A stretch of DNA of 63,908 nucleotides, the filler included, from Phoronis australis (lineage: Eukaryota > Animalia > Phoronida): NCBI GenBank assembly GCA_002633005.1. It is 6 parts of 6 records of this genome, joined end to end, with 100 filler letters (N's around TTAATTAATTAA, not from the genome) between each part and the next. Parts side by side here need not be neighbours in the genome. Positions count along the whole stretch, not along the records: positions 1 to 25,095 come from NMRA01000045.1; 5 more parts are not named here. One strand, given 5' to 3'. Both the position numbers and the translations under genes were made by a program. Each line of letters starts with the position of its first letter. Within the stretch, counting starts at the first letter, position 1. The notes beneath the pieces were generated by a model. That model was given only the letters and a program-made list of their open reading frames with translations, was not told where the DNA came from and did no database searches. Of this stretch, positions 1-12,700 are shown one piece after another.

Positions 1-535
1 GCCCATGGCTGTATCTCCCAAACCGTTTGCAGGATCTTTACTAAATTTAGCAAGTGTATTTATGTGATGTTGACAACGGACGATGACGACTTTAGGATGA
101 TTCTGATTACCGGTATGCCTCTAGTGGCAATTTTAGTATTTGCCTCTAGTGGCAATTTTAGTATTTTACATTGACCTCTGTATTTTCATAGGTCTTCAGG
201 TGTATACTTTGTTACTTCGTGACTGTGAAGGAAAAGTTCCAAGTAGAAATTTGTTTCTGGCATTCTAATGCTGTGCTAATCTCGTATGTTGGTAAATTTG
301 TTTTTAATTCTATGTTTCTTTGGTGGTTTAAGCAACTGGTGTTTAGGATGTGCTTGTATTTTGAAGACTACTCACATTTTGCCCCTAGCCTACTGAGGAG
401 ACAATGACCATGCCTTTCCATTTTGCAAAGTATGCCCTCTACTGGCCACTTTATGGTACCAATAAACAACCCTAGAAGGATACCGTATGCGGTGCAATTG
501 TGGGCGCATTTCAACGCTCCGCGTTGCTCTTGTTT
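1..535 (-). mobile_element. Non-autonomous Helentron/DINE-like (HINE) repeat copy, runs off the window start
   Basis: 265-535 is the reverse complement of 24834-25095 (AACAAGAGCAACGC.GAGCGTTGAAATGCGCCCAC...). 1-200 is the reverse complement of the core units in the 8.8-12.7 kb array. Confidence 0.6.
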
Positions 536-2539
536 AATGTGTGGCCAAAGTTTCATTCTGTTCAAGGTCAGTGCAAACTAGTAATGGCTCACGGCTCGCA
601 GAATGGGTTCTTGCATGTACACACGCACTCTCGATATGCCAATTTATGGAGTATGACTGCTGATCATGTGGAGCTGACTCTGGTTAAAGCACAATATCCA
701 GGGCAGCTGCTACTTCCTGTAAATGATGCAACTATCATTTAGTGCGCAACTAGCATTATAGATACCTCTAGCGTTTGGAGACGTTGGATTCCGTCAAAGA
801 TTTAAAAAGGTGGCAATAAGCCCACCTTCCAACACAGAAAACGGTTTTTAATTTAAAACATTTTCATGTTATGAAATTGGTCTCAATTGTTCCTTAGTCA
901 TTTGAAGGCTTTGAGAGAATTTACAGTTCGTTATTGCTTGAGACAAGGTTCTACAAGTTGGCTTGTCACTGCTTGGCATTTTATGCACCGAACATGATAT
1001 TAGAATAAGGAACTGTCAATTACTTGCAAAACCAAAAATTACATGTCATCTGAGTACTCTCGAGTTCCGAATAGCCGTATCTATACGATTATTTATTTCA
1101 GACTCGTTTTCCAGTCTATGCGATGCTTATTCGGGTCTCTACGTTTAACTTTTTTCCGTGCTCCACGATAATTTGGTTCAGCAAGTTCACAATCAGTAAT
1201 TTCAGAAATGAGAAATTAAATGCACAAGAAGTGCTTTCTTAGCCCATTTTTCAATATTCCGCGCGCCTCGTGACACAGATCGGTTACCGGCAGCTCAACA
1301 TACATATGAATAAAAACGCTTTCGACGAGTTTCTTTGGCTGATCCAATATTTATGATTGCGCCCTGTGAAAAACTGGCAGGCCGTTACAACTCTTCACTG
1401 TGTCTGTGCCCGACGTTTGCGTTTCCGGGGGAATAATTCCGGGATTTTGCACAGCCAGTGTCATCTGCGGTTTCCGTCATGATTGACATGCGTATTCTAC
1501 ATACTTAATCATGTCATCTGCCGCGCAAAGGCCTAAAGAACTCGAGGATTATTTTATAAACCGAGAGATGTTCCAGATACAGACATCGATTCAGATGCTG
1601 GTGTAACAAATAATCCAGCTACAGATGCAAACCGTGGTGATAACGTGGCCAGTCAACGAAGCGCAAATACCCATGCAATTAATGAACGGTGCCGAACTTT
1701 TCAATCAACAATACCGACAAGTTGCCGACATCAGACATCAGCATTTTTACAATTAGCTCCAAACTTGAGGATAGATTGTTTTTATGAACAGGAAGAATGG
1801 ATTTGCAACAATCTTGAAAATGACATAGTTGATAATGTTCGACAATCCAGTAGATACTGAAATTGATTTCTACTTGCTCTCCCGTCCAAATGAATGGAAA
1901 TGCATGTGAATCGGTTTGTTTATTATACCAAATTAGATATTCAAGATGATGGTTATTGTCGTGGTCGTGGACTCGTTATGTTGTGCAATTCTGCAAGGAA
2001 TCCGTTCCTGGCCGTGTAAAATGTTGGATGTACCAACTTTTTGACGTCGAATTCTGACTAACATTACGAGGGTATTGACTATGAACGTTGTGCAAGACAT
2101 GAGATTGAGAGAAAACAAAGGCTCGACTGTCAGGAACATGTGTGATAAAAATGCGACTCATTTTACCAAGACAGTTTATTGTTTTATTCATAATGTTGGC
2201 TTCGTGGAAGACTGGACGTTGCCACTGAAATCTACCTCCGTGTCATAGTTTTAGGACTTAGTCGACATTGGCATCTCTAGTATGAATGTCACATTCTTTT
2301 TTGAGTAAAATGATTCCACATACTGTTTGAAACACTTTCATTTAAAGTTATTGAATAAACAAATGGTCTTTGTTTTAGCACTGGCACCTTTATTCCACTT
2401 CACTGTACTATCTTATGGCATCGGTGGATACACCACTGCAATAATTTAACTATGCTAATGTTCAGTTTAAAGATTTTTCTTTGAAACAATTACTTAAAGC
2501 GGTGGTAAGTCGGACAGAATTTGCTTCTTTACACTATTA

Positions 2540-2980
2540 TTCCCATCCATATCATTATTAGATTAAGCACTTCCTATTATTTCCATCCACCGTTAAAAGA
2601 TTTTACGCAAATTTGTAATCAATGTTATTATTCCAGTCTATTCTATTTTTAATTTTCCACAAATTTCCCATCTATACCATTATTCCCTAGAATTTGTTGT
2701 TTTTCACTATTATTCCCTTCTATACCATAATTAGATTTTACCAAAGTTTTTAATCAATATTATTATTCCAGTCTATACTATGTTTAAGTTTCCACAAATT
2801 TGCTGTCTATACCATTATTCCATTCTATACTATTATTAATTTTTCCGCCAATTTCTGGTCTGTACTATTATTCTACTTTTCTATTATGTTTGTTCTATAC
2901 TATTATTAGAGTCTCTACTATTATTAGAAATTGTGAAATTTTCCAGTCTATACTATTATTGCTGTCTCTACAACTATTCG
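2540..2980. repeat. Degenerate AT-rich tandem repeat (CTATTATTCC / TCTATAC motifs)
   Basis: Recurring tattattcc...tctatac...attatta blocks at roughly 30-45 bp spacing. Confidence 0.6.
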
Positions 2981-3229
2981 GAACTTGACAGTAAGGAGCA
3001 AGGTAAAACCAGTTTTATAGCGACACCTAGTGGTCTAAATTTCAAGTTCGCTTCTTGGGTTTATAGTCACTTTAAAACGTTAATGAAATGTAGACAACCA
3101 CCTGAAGATTCATAAATGACATTTGGGAGTGTAAAACACGAAATATAAGTGCCCAGTTTGTAGGAAAGTTCATCTTTGTCATATACTGACAGAACCCCAA
3201 CTCTGTTGATAAGCTTTTCTTTTTAATAG

Positions 3230-3487
3230 AAAATGTCACAGATAGCCCTCCTGCAGTCACAAGGCAGCCTCGCAAGAACAAGAAACGGCCTCGCAAACCT
3301 AAGACTGGTAATGAGATTGACTGTATAGTGACTGAATGGAGTCTCTGGTCAGCATGTTCTACCACTTGCGGTCGTGGTCGTATTGAGAGAGTGCGCATGA
3401 TTAAACGAGATGCAGCCAATGGTGGGCGACGGTGTCCACGGAAGTTGTTGCAGAGAAAAAAGTGCCCAACACCCAGGAGAAAGTGTC
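3230..3487 (+). CDS. Spondin-like protein, penultimate exon (basic linker + spondin-type TSP1 repeat)
   Basis: AG at 3228-29 and GTACGT at 3488, phase 1-1. Translates ...RKNKKRPRKPKTGNEIDCIVTEWSLWSACSTTCGRGRIERVRMIKRDAANGGRRCPRKLLQRKKC (WxxWxxCxxxCG, RxR, GGxxCP). Confidence 0.85.
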
Positions 3488-3778
3488 GTACGTATAATGT
3501 CTGGTTTTCTTAATTAATAAATTTTCCGCTGAATTTCTTAATTTATTACTCTGTTTTAAATTTCCTGCAGGCGTCTGATATTGGCAGTTTTAAGTCTCCT
3601 AACTATTACCTAGTGTAATTTGTAAGTTATATTTTCATTATGGTTCTCTTTAACACACGTTTTGTTAAACACACAACATATTCATGCTTCTCTCAGTTTC
3701 TGAAAAGTTTTGTGTTCTCAGTTTACAGTCATCTCCTGGATTGTATAGCAGTTGCTTTGCACTTTTTGTCCATTTCAG

Positions 3779-3957
3779 CTGTCAACTGTCAACTAGGTGA
3801 GTGGAGCGACTGGACGTCCTGCTCAATGACATGTGGCATTGACAGTCTGCAGGAACGAACCAAAAGGGTCATCAAGAAGCCACGCAGAGGAGGCGCCCCC
3901 TGTGGACCAAGGCTGGAGAGAAGATATTGTCTAAAGCCCAATTGCCCCACCAAATAA
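3779..3957 (+). CDS. Spondin-like protein, last exon (TSP1 repeat, stop)
   Basis: ttttgtccatttcAG acceptor, phase-compatible with the previous exon. Translates PVNCQLGEWSDWTSCSMTCGIDSLQERTKRVIKKPRRGGAPCGPRLERRYCLKPNCPTK*. AATAAA motifs near 4880-4901. Upstream exons are outside the window. Confidence 0.85.
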
Positions 3958-4471
3958 ACTTGTGAAGATTCTTGATCGTGCCAAAGTATTTGCTGTGCAA
4001 TTTTCCAAGGACAAACGCTGTGCTTGTTGGGGGTATCCAAAATTAAGTACATCTCATAACCATTTTTCCGCAGTTTGAAATCCAGAAAACCGTATGTTAG
4101 TACAGGTAGTAGACCAAAACATGAAACTTTCAGATTTTAGTGATTTGCATGTGCAACAGCGTACTTATAGTTTTAAGTACAGTTTTTTATTCATGTAGGT
4201 TAGGTGTGGGAGCCATTGTCAAGATTTATCCTTGGTGTGGTTTCAGGTGTGTTTCAGCGGTGTGAAATACACGTTGATGAATTTCATATATTTTTATGAT
4301 TTTCTCCATTGTTGGGTATTAAATTTTAAGTAAACCCTTAATGAAAAACTCAACTCGGTACATATCTGTTTTCATTCAGTTGACCAGTTATATGCCAGTG
4401 CTTAAAATTATAGTGTGTAAAACTGGATAAATTTCTCAGCATCGTTCTGACTTCTGTTGTGTTAGAAATTA

Positions 4472-4791
4472 GGGAGCTCTCATATATTAGGTCAACCAAA
4501 ATTTGCCACTTTTTACCCCCTCTCCCCTTCTGTCATCTCCCGTTATCATATGACCCCCTGTCCTGTCCAGCCTCTATTGTCAACCCAGCCAGCCCCAGGT
4601 TTGATCAAAACTTGGAAGCATGAAACGGTGGTTCCCCATTTTGTAATTGGTCAATTCCGCTGGGTGAACCAAGTTCCCAGCCACAAGTACTGTAATTGAG
4701 ATATTATTATAAACCAAGTTAATATAACCCCCCCCTCATAAATCATCATTTCAAACCCCCTCGAGTATTAATGTACTATGTGAATGCTCCC
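4472..4791. mobile_element. PIF/Harbinger-type MITE
   Basis: Termini GGGAGCTCTCATATA / TATGTGAATGCTCCC form an imperfect TIR, flanked by TTA on both sides (4469-71, 4792-94). Confidence 0.6.
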
Positions 4792-6391
4792 TTACAGGAC
4801 TTCATAGCTGGTCTCTGTGTGAATATCTGGTTATCAAGTTATATTATGTATTTTTGATAGTCTCTTTTATATAAAACCAAATAAATAGTTGCCACAATAA
4901 ATCTGTTGATGTATATGTATTATGTTATCAAGCAGAAAATTTTAACGCTGACATAGGGATTGCCATTATCACCATTTAAGGAAACATCTGAAACAGTCTT
5001 ATTGGCCAACCCCTCCTCCTGAAGAGTACTTGTAAAAATTTCTCCACCCCACTATAACATGGTAGACAGCCCTTCTTCTTCTTGGCTTGCACAGGCATTC
5101 ACTTTAACAGCGCCCTTCACACATTAACACAAGTCCTTTCTTACAGGCTGAAGTTCTTTTCACATCGGTTGTTATTCAAATTACTTTTTGTTCCCAGACT
5201 GACCTTAGGCATGAGTTGCACCTACTGGTTTTAATGTATCAAATATGTGTACAATACATGGATCATATGTGGTTATGAGTAAAGAATTGAGGCACATAAG
5301 TACATTAATGAAAAAGGAACACAGTTAACGAGAATGCCCTTGAGTCAGAGGGGATGTTAGTTTACCATGTCTAGATAATGTTTCATGAATGTTGACCTCT
5401 CATAACTTAATGGAAATGCTTTGGACAGACGGGTCAGTTATAGAGTTTATTAACTTTCCTATCGAGATAACATTTCATACCTAACGGTCAGGATTTCATT
5501 ACCTTCATAGTAGTTGGCTCTCAGCCTTACAGTAATCGAAGTACTCTTGCTAAATACATGGACTACAAAATTAACTCGACCTCATTTGGCAATATCGTGG
5601 GAATGCAACATTTCACACACTGCGGGACTTGTTTTAGTTTTACCGCTTTAGAATAATGCATATCTCATACTTTACAGAGGACAGGTCTTTAGGAACTAGT
5701 AATCTCAGTCTCACACCATAAAGTTGCACCATTTGCCAGTAGAGCAAGTACTGTCAACAAATGTGTAATTGGTCAAACAAAAGGTTTACTGCCCTCGTTT
5801 GGGTTTCATGACCGTAGGAAGTCACTCAGAAATAAAGAGTCTCCAAATAGAACCTCAACAGAAAAACATATTTGACAATGGCATACTTTGGGACAACAGA
5901 AAACATACTGCTACATCCCAGACAATTTCAAAAAAATATTTTTTCCAATTTTGGCCTTGCGCTATTACTCTTGCATGATCTCCAGTTAATACAAAATAAA
6001 TGCAAGTGCCTGCTGAGCCCATAAGACATCTTGCACCAGAAACTGTATGGTGCCACTGAGGCAATTAAACCAAGATCAAGCAATTGCAGAATAATGTAGA
6101 AAATAAAATCCTGTCACCCAAAACAACTTTCTTCAATTATCTCTCTAGGGTTGGTTCCACAATGAAAGGGAAACTATCTTGAAGCGAGTTACTCCAGCTG
6201 ATAAGATTTATATTTTTCATAACAATACTTGAATGATAACGTACATAATCAAAAGTATAAGTATCAAATTATTTCTGGCCAATGAGAGCACCACATCAAT
6301 TGAAAATTTCAAATAGTGTTCCGACCATAAGATATTGTAACAACCATGTGTGTCCCCAGTTAATATACAACACTCTACCAACTGGTCTTCG

Positions 6392-6445
6392 TCACAACTG
6401 CAGATCTGCCGGTTTGTAATGATTACGACATCGCTCGTAAAATAG
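6392..6445 (-). CDS. MIX23: MIX23/CCDC58 last exon
   Basis: tttcAG acceptor. LFYERCRNHYKPADLQL* matches the CCDC58 C-terminus (VFNERCRIHFKP). Confidence 0.9.
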   Translation of the reverse strand, partial: LFYERCRNHYKPADLQL

Positions 6446-6493
6446 CTGAAATGGCAAAAAAGACAGTTTCCTTAACACCGAGAAAATTTCTAA

Positions 6494-7070
6494 GGGCTGT
6501 TCCAGTAAAATCTGTATGGGAGGGGGGGGGAGGCACCTTTTTTTCGCACCCACCACCCATATTTTTCATTTATTTCTTCAGCCTACCACCCGTAATTTTT
6601 TATAAGTTTGAAATGCAACCACCCGTAATTTTTTTTTGTTCTTGTGGTTGACTGCACAGGCCCTTGAGTTTATCTGTTCCTCCATCACCACTAACGTCAT
6701 TCATTACTAAGAAAACATATGTTTCTTATATATGGTTATTTATATTAGCCATCGAGAAATTCGAGCACCTGTGGTTAAATGGTGTTATGGGCAAGCCGAT
6801 GAGGAGATCGGAGGGAGTGAAAAAGTCGGAGCTCTTTGCAAGTTGCATTTTTGTTTCAGTTTTTGATTCTGTGCAGATTGTTTGCAAAATTTACTAAAAT
6901 TACCCACCATCAAACATTTATGGCCCAATGAAACAACAACGACCTGTAAATTTTAATTTTTTTGAAGTACGACCACCAGGCATTTTGAATTTAAGTAAAA
7001 CGCAACCACCCATAAATTTTTATTTCAGTTGCCTTCCCCCCCTCCCACACAGATTTTGCTGGAACAGCCC
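6494..7070. mobile_element. PIF/Harbinger-type MITE in the last MIX23 intron
   Basis: ~40-bp TIR GGGCTGTTCCAGTAAAATCTGT...GGGAGGGGGG / CCCCCCTCCCACACAGATTTTGCTGGAACAGCCC, with a TAA target duplication (6491-93, 7071-73). Confidence 0.8.
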
Positions 7071-7670
7071 TAAATATCTAATGCTTAGGAATGTTGTAAT
7101 AAGTTCCTAGGTTCAAGTTAATTTAGGAATAGGTAGAATTTGATTTCAAAACATTTGACATAAAGCATCCTGCAATAAGCCAAAATGGAATTTAAGCAGT
7201 TTTATTGGGACCTAAGAGTATACTTACTGCAAACAAACATTAATAATTTCAAAACAACTGGTAATCATTATTATGTGGGTAAAATTCTAATTGCAGAACG
7301 GATTTGGCAACTTATTATCTTTCCTTACAAATCCTTTTTATTCTCAGTCACATGGGAAGACTGCTCTGGCGATGAATTTGGCTTCCACCCAGCCATCATG
7401 ATGTCTGAATACTATTGGCTTGGACTGTACAAACATACCAAGATCGTTGAGGAAAACAAGCCACCGATGCTGTCAAGAGACTACTCGTTTCATAGCACAA
7501 CTGTTTAAAATTTGAAGTGGCAACTCGTACAATTCTCCACCTAATTTTATAGACTTTTAAATTGGCCTTTATATGTCATCTGACTAAAATTTGTGAGACA
7601 AAAGAGGATACCGCAACGCGCAGTGTTTCAAAGAGGCTATGTACATTGGTAATTGCATGGCTTAACTTAC

Positions 7671-7730
7671 CTTTAGACTTCTGTCTTTCACTACTTCCTC
7701 AACATTAACTTCAGCCTGCATTAATCTTAA
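7671..7730 (-). CDS. MIX23: MIX23/CCDC58 exon
   Basis: ttccAG...GTAAGT, 60 nt, phase 0. LRLMQAEVNVEEVVKDRSLK (conserved ELNVEEVV.DRS.K motif). Confidence 0.92.
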
Positions 7731-8432
7731 CTGGAAGAAATTGCATTGTTACGTCATAAATTGGTCCTGTGTGTACACCACAAAGTTACACTGACTGAAC
7801 TATAATTCAGTAAAAATATTTCTTTAAAAATTTGTTCTCTTATCTTATACATTTCTTGTGGTGTTCGTGGAACAATATAATGAGTGCTAGGAATTGAGTG
7901 ACATTCTCTAAATAAATGATTCTGCAAATAATTCTCGAGGCAAATTATGAACTTTCGGAACAAAATTACGAAAACTAAGGGGACCAGAGCAGGGCAAATT
8001 AAGTTTCTCTCCAAGTCAAAGAATCAATTTTGTTCTTGACCACGGCACGCAAGAATCCTATAACAGGACAGGTATACGGAAAGAAATCTGACATTGACCT
8101 TCAGGGTAAGTGGTTCAGACAGCTAACCAGGAAAAAAACGCTTTTTAAACATCGGTGTTCTCGGACACCTGTTGCACCCATTTCATGCTCCCAGGGAGTT
8201 CAGACTGATTATGTTTGATCAGGTCCCTGGCCAGGAAGTGCTTAATAATTAACAGCTCTACCAAGATGTGGCCTACTTGTTATAACTGTTTTTAATTTAG
8301 GCATATTCATTTCATTTGACTGGGTGCAAAACGTCAACATGACATACTACACAAGCGAATATTAGTCAAATATCATGATTAGAACATTCATAAAATCATC
8401 CAATTCAAATGAGGACAGAGCACAGATCTTAC

Positions 8433-8579
8433 TTTAGTCTGTTCCTTCCTGATTTGCTTCAGTAAGTTTAGGTCATCTCTATTGGCTTCCCTCGCTTGCC
8501 GTAAAGCCTCCACAGAGCTGGATACTTTGGTTATGCACGTTTTTATCAGCTCACCCCTCTGCCTGTAGGACTCGTTCAG
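8433..8579 (-). CDS. MIX23: MIX23/CCDC58 exon
   Basis: ttttcAG...GTAAGA, 147 nt, phase 0. LNESYRQRGELIKTCITKVSSSVEALRQAREANRDDLNLLKQIRKEQTK. Confidence 0.92.
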
Positions 8580-8847
8580 CTGAAAAAAATTGCAACAACT
8601 CACAAACAAATGACAAATATTGTCTCGTCAAGTCAAAACATTTCACAACAGACATACCTCTTGGATTTCATGTCTTAAAGTGACTGGATTAATTGTTTGC
8701 TTTTTGGCGGCTAAATACATATGAAATGCACTTTTAAAATAAAATAGCCTCTAAAGGTGCAAAACAAGTTGTCAAAATAAATTTCACAAACAATGATCAA
8801 TCAGTTTGAAAGATACCTAGATGGACGTCAAAAATTTGTTATTTCCA

Positions 8848-11800
8848 ATACAAGGAAAAGCACTAAAGAAGCGGATGCCAATACCCGTAGATAGCGTCGC
8901 CTCACTAAAAGATGCCTAACTGCCAAATTTTATGGAAATCGGTTGAGGACCTTTGAAGATACGGGGGTAAACGTAAAAAGACTAAAATTGCCACTAGGGA
9001 GCACAACAGTAGTTCGATCTGTCCAAAAGTCGTCGTCCGTTGTGAACTTCATACAAAAATATTTGCTTAAGTTTAATAAAGATCCTGTGGAGCGTTTAGG
9101 AGATACAGCCATGGGTGCAACAACAAACAAAACTGTCACGAGGAGGCACCACAGCATTCGAAGTCGTTGGAAAATCATCCTCAGCCGTCTTCTTCACGGT
9201 AGGAACATATATGCTAATTTTCACAATTATCCTTAGAGTGGTTTGCTAGACAGGGACTGACATCAAAAACAAGACTCGAAAACAGTTAAAGAGCAACGCA
9301 GAGTGTTAAAATGTTTACGAATACATTGCAAATGGTGTGCTTTTAGGGTTATTTATTTGTATCATAATAATGGCCACAAGATTGCGCAAAAACGTACAAT
9401 CCATCCAAAACGGGAACAAGCCATATTTCATAAAAATCTGTCAAGGAACCCCAGAGAAACGAAGGAAAACACAAAAAAATGAAAATGCCACTTGTGGGCA
9501 CAGCGTCCGTTCAATCTGCCTGAAAGTCGTGGTCTGTTATCTTCATATAAATTCACTTAAATTTAATAAAGATCCTGGGGTGGGTATTGGAGATACAGCT
9601 ATGGGCGCAAAACAAAACTACCACAAGGAGGTGCCACAGTAGTCAGTCGCCATCATCAAAAGTCCCCTTCACATTGAAAACATATATGCCAATCTTCAAA
9701 ACCATCCCTAGAAATTATTTGGTTGATCGAGGGGTGGATGCCAAAAACAAGATTTGAAAACAGCAAAAATGACCACCAGGTGGCGCAAAATACCTTGATA
9801 TTATCCAAAAACAGGATGATAGCATCATATCACCAATACATGCCTATATTCAAAATTTTATGAAAATCTGTTGAGGATCTTTGAAGATACACACTGGTGA
9901 ATATAAGAAATTAAAATTGCCACTAGGGGGCACATCAGTTATCAGATCTGTACGAAAGTCGTCGTCGTCGTCCGTTGTCAACATCATACAAATACACTTG
10001 CTAAACTAAGTAAAGATGCTGCAAACGATTAAGGAGATATATCCATGAGCGCAAAAACAAAACAAAACTACCACTAGGAGGTGCCACAGTAGTCGAACTC
10101 ATCGGAAAATGGTCGTCAGCCATCCACTTCATAGTAAAAACATATATGCCAACTTTCACAATTATCCTGAAAGCGGTTTGGTTAATAGACGAGTGGACGC
10201 CAAAAAACAGACTAGAAAACAGCAAAATGGCCACTAGGTGGCGCAAAGTAGGTCAAATCCATCTGAAAACGTAGAGATAGCGTCACCTCAGAAACACATG
10301 AGGGTATGCAAACTTTTATGAAAATACGTTGAGGACCCTTGAACATACAGAGGTAAAAGTAAAAACAAGAGCAATGCTAAATTTAGTAAAGATCCTGCAA
10401 ACGGTTTGGGAGATACAGCCATGGGCGTAAAAAAAACTGTCACTAGGAGGCGCCACAGTAATCAAAGTCATGGGAAATTCAGCGTCAACTGTCCTCTTCA
10501 TAGTAAGAACATACATGCTAATTTTCACACTTTCATACTTATAGCGGTTTGGTTGATAGAGGGGTGGACGCCAAAAAACAGACTCAAAAACAGTAAAAAT
10601 GGCCACTGGGTGTCGCAAACTAGGTTGAATCCATCCGAAAACGGGGATAGCGTCATCGCACTAATAGGTGCCTACATACCAAATTTCATGAAAATCCGTT
10701 TAGGACTTGTGAAGATACAGAGGTAAACGTAAAAAATAAAATTGCCACTAGGGGGCACACTGGTAGGCGGATCCGTCCAAAAGTCGTCATGCTCTGTTGT
10801 TAACATAATATAAATACACTTATTAAATTTCGTAAAGATCCTGCGAACGGTTTAGGAGATACAGCCATAGACGCAAAAAAAACAAAACTGCCACTAGGAG
10901 GCGCCACAGTAGTCCAAATCGTCTGAAAATCATTGTCAGCTGTCCTCTTTATAGTAAGAACATACACGCCAATTTTCACAATCATCCTTTGAGCGGTTTG
11001 GTTGATAGAGGGGTGGACGCAAAAATACAGACTCGAAAACACTAAAAATGGCCACTAGGTGGCGCAAACTATGTCAAATCCATCTGAAAACGAGAGGATA
11101 GTGTCATCTCACTAATAGGTGCCTACATACCAAATTTCATAAAAATCCGTTCACGACTTTTGAAGACACAAAGGTAAGCGTAAAAAAATTTAAATTGCCA
11201 CTAGGGGGCACACCGGTAGTCGAATCCGTCCAAAAGTCGTCATCTTCTGTTGTTAACATCATATAAATATGCTTACACAATTTCGTAAAAATCCTGCAAA
11301 CGGTTTAGGAGATACAGCCATAGGCGCAAAAAAAACAAAACTGCCACTAGGAGGCGCCACAGTAGTCGAAATCGTCGGAAAATCATCGTCAACCGTCCTC
11401 TACATAGTAAGCATATACATGCCAATTTTCACAATCATCCTTTGAGCGGTTTGGTTGATAGAGGGGAGGACGCACAAAATCAGACTCAAAAACACTAAAA
11501 ATGGCCACTAGGTGGCGCAAACTATGTCGAATCCATCTGAAAACGGCAGGATTGCGCCATCTCACTAATAGGTGCCTACACACCAAATTTCATGAAAATC
11601 CGTTCAGGTCTTTTGAAGATACAAAGGTAAGCGTAAAAAACTAAAATTGCCACTAGGGGGCACACCGGTAGTCGCATCCATCCGAACGTTCGCACATGCC
11701 GTCCCATTCATGAATGGAACGCATGTGCCAAATTTCATGAACGTATGTCAAAGGGTTTTGGAGATAAAGCAGCGGACGCCGGACGGACGCCGCCCGGACA

Positions 11801-12700
11801 GACGGAGATGACGGCATAATGCGTCCACATATAAATATGTGGGCGCATAAAAATAAAATTGCCAGTAGGTGGCACACCAGTAGTCAGATCCGTCTGAAAG
11901 TCGCCATCTTCCGTTTTTAACATCATATAAATACACTTACTAAATTTAATAAAGATCCTGCGAACGGTTTAAGAGAAAGAGCCATAGGGGTAAAAAACAA
12001 AACTGCCACTAGGAGGCGCCACAGTAATCGAAGTCGTTGGAAAATCATCGTCAGCGGTTCACTTCAAAGTAAGAACATACATGCCAATTTTCACAATCAT
12101 CCTTTGAGGGGTTTGGTTGATAATGGGGCGGACGCAAAAAACAGTAAAAATGGCCACTAGGTGGCGCAAACTACGATGAATCCATCCGAAAACTGGAGGA
12201 TAGCCTCATCTCACTAATAGGTGCCATATACCAAATTTTATGAAAATCCGTCCAGGACGTTTGAAGATACAGTGGTAAACGTAAAAACACTAAAATTGCC
12301 ACTAGGGGGCACACCGGTAATCGGATCCGTCCGAAAGTTCGCTCAGACATAGATGACGGCATAATGCGTCCACATATAAATATGTGGGCGCATAAAAATG
12401 GCCACTAGGTGGCGCAAAATACCTCGAATCCATGCGAAAACGAGAGGATAGCGTCATTTTACTAATAGATGCCTGACTGCCAAATTTTATGAAAATCTGT
12501 TGACGACCTCCTCCGAAGATACTGAGATAAACGTAAAAAATAAATCGCCACTAGGGGAAACATCTGTACTCGGATAAGTCCGAAATTCGTCGTCATCCGT
12601 CGTCAGCTTCATAGGAACACATCCGCCAAATCTCATCAAGATCCTGTGAGGGTTTAGGAGATAGGCCTTCAGCTGCGGACGCCCAGACAGAAATGACGGC
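8848..12700 (+). repeat. Higher-order tandem array (452-bp unit = three ~146-160-bp subunits) from stacked Helentron/DINE-like elements; each subunit carries a CTCF-like motif
   Basis: TTGCCACTAGGGGGCAC recurs near 10743, 11195 and 11647 (452-bp period), with CTGCCACTAGGAGGCGCC and TGGCCACTAGGTGGCGC between them. A (CGGA/CAGA) microsatellite at ~11773-11805 and the hairpin ATGCGTCCACATA-TAAA-TATGTGGGCGCAT (11819-11848, again ~12364-12393) are HINE hallmarks. Confidence 0.85.

Noticed and set aside
1500-2230. Possible piggyBac-like transposase remnant (acidic start, PVDTEIDFYLL)
   Set aside because: Only fragmentary resemblance across frames, and no TTAA/TIR pair was identified.
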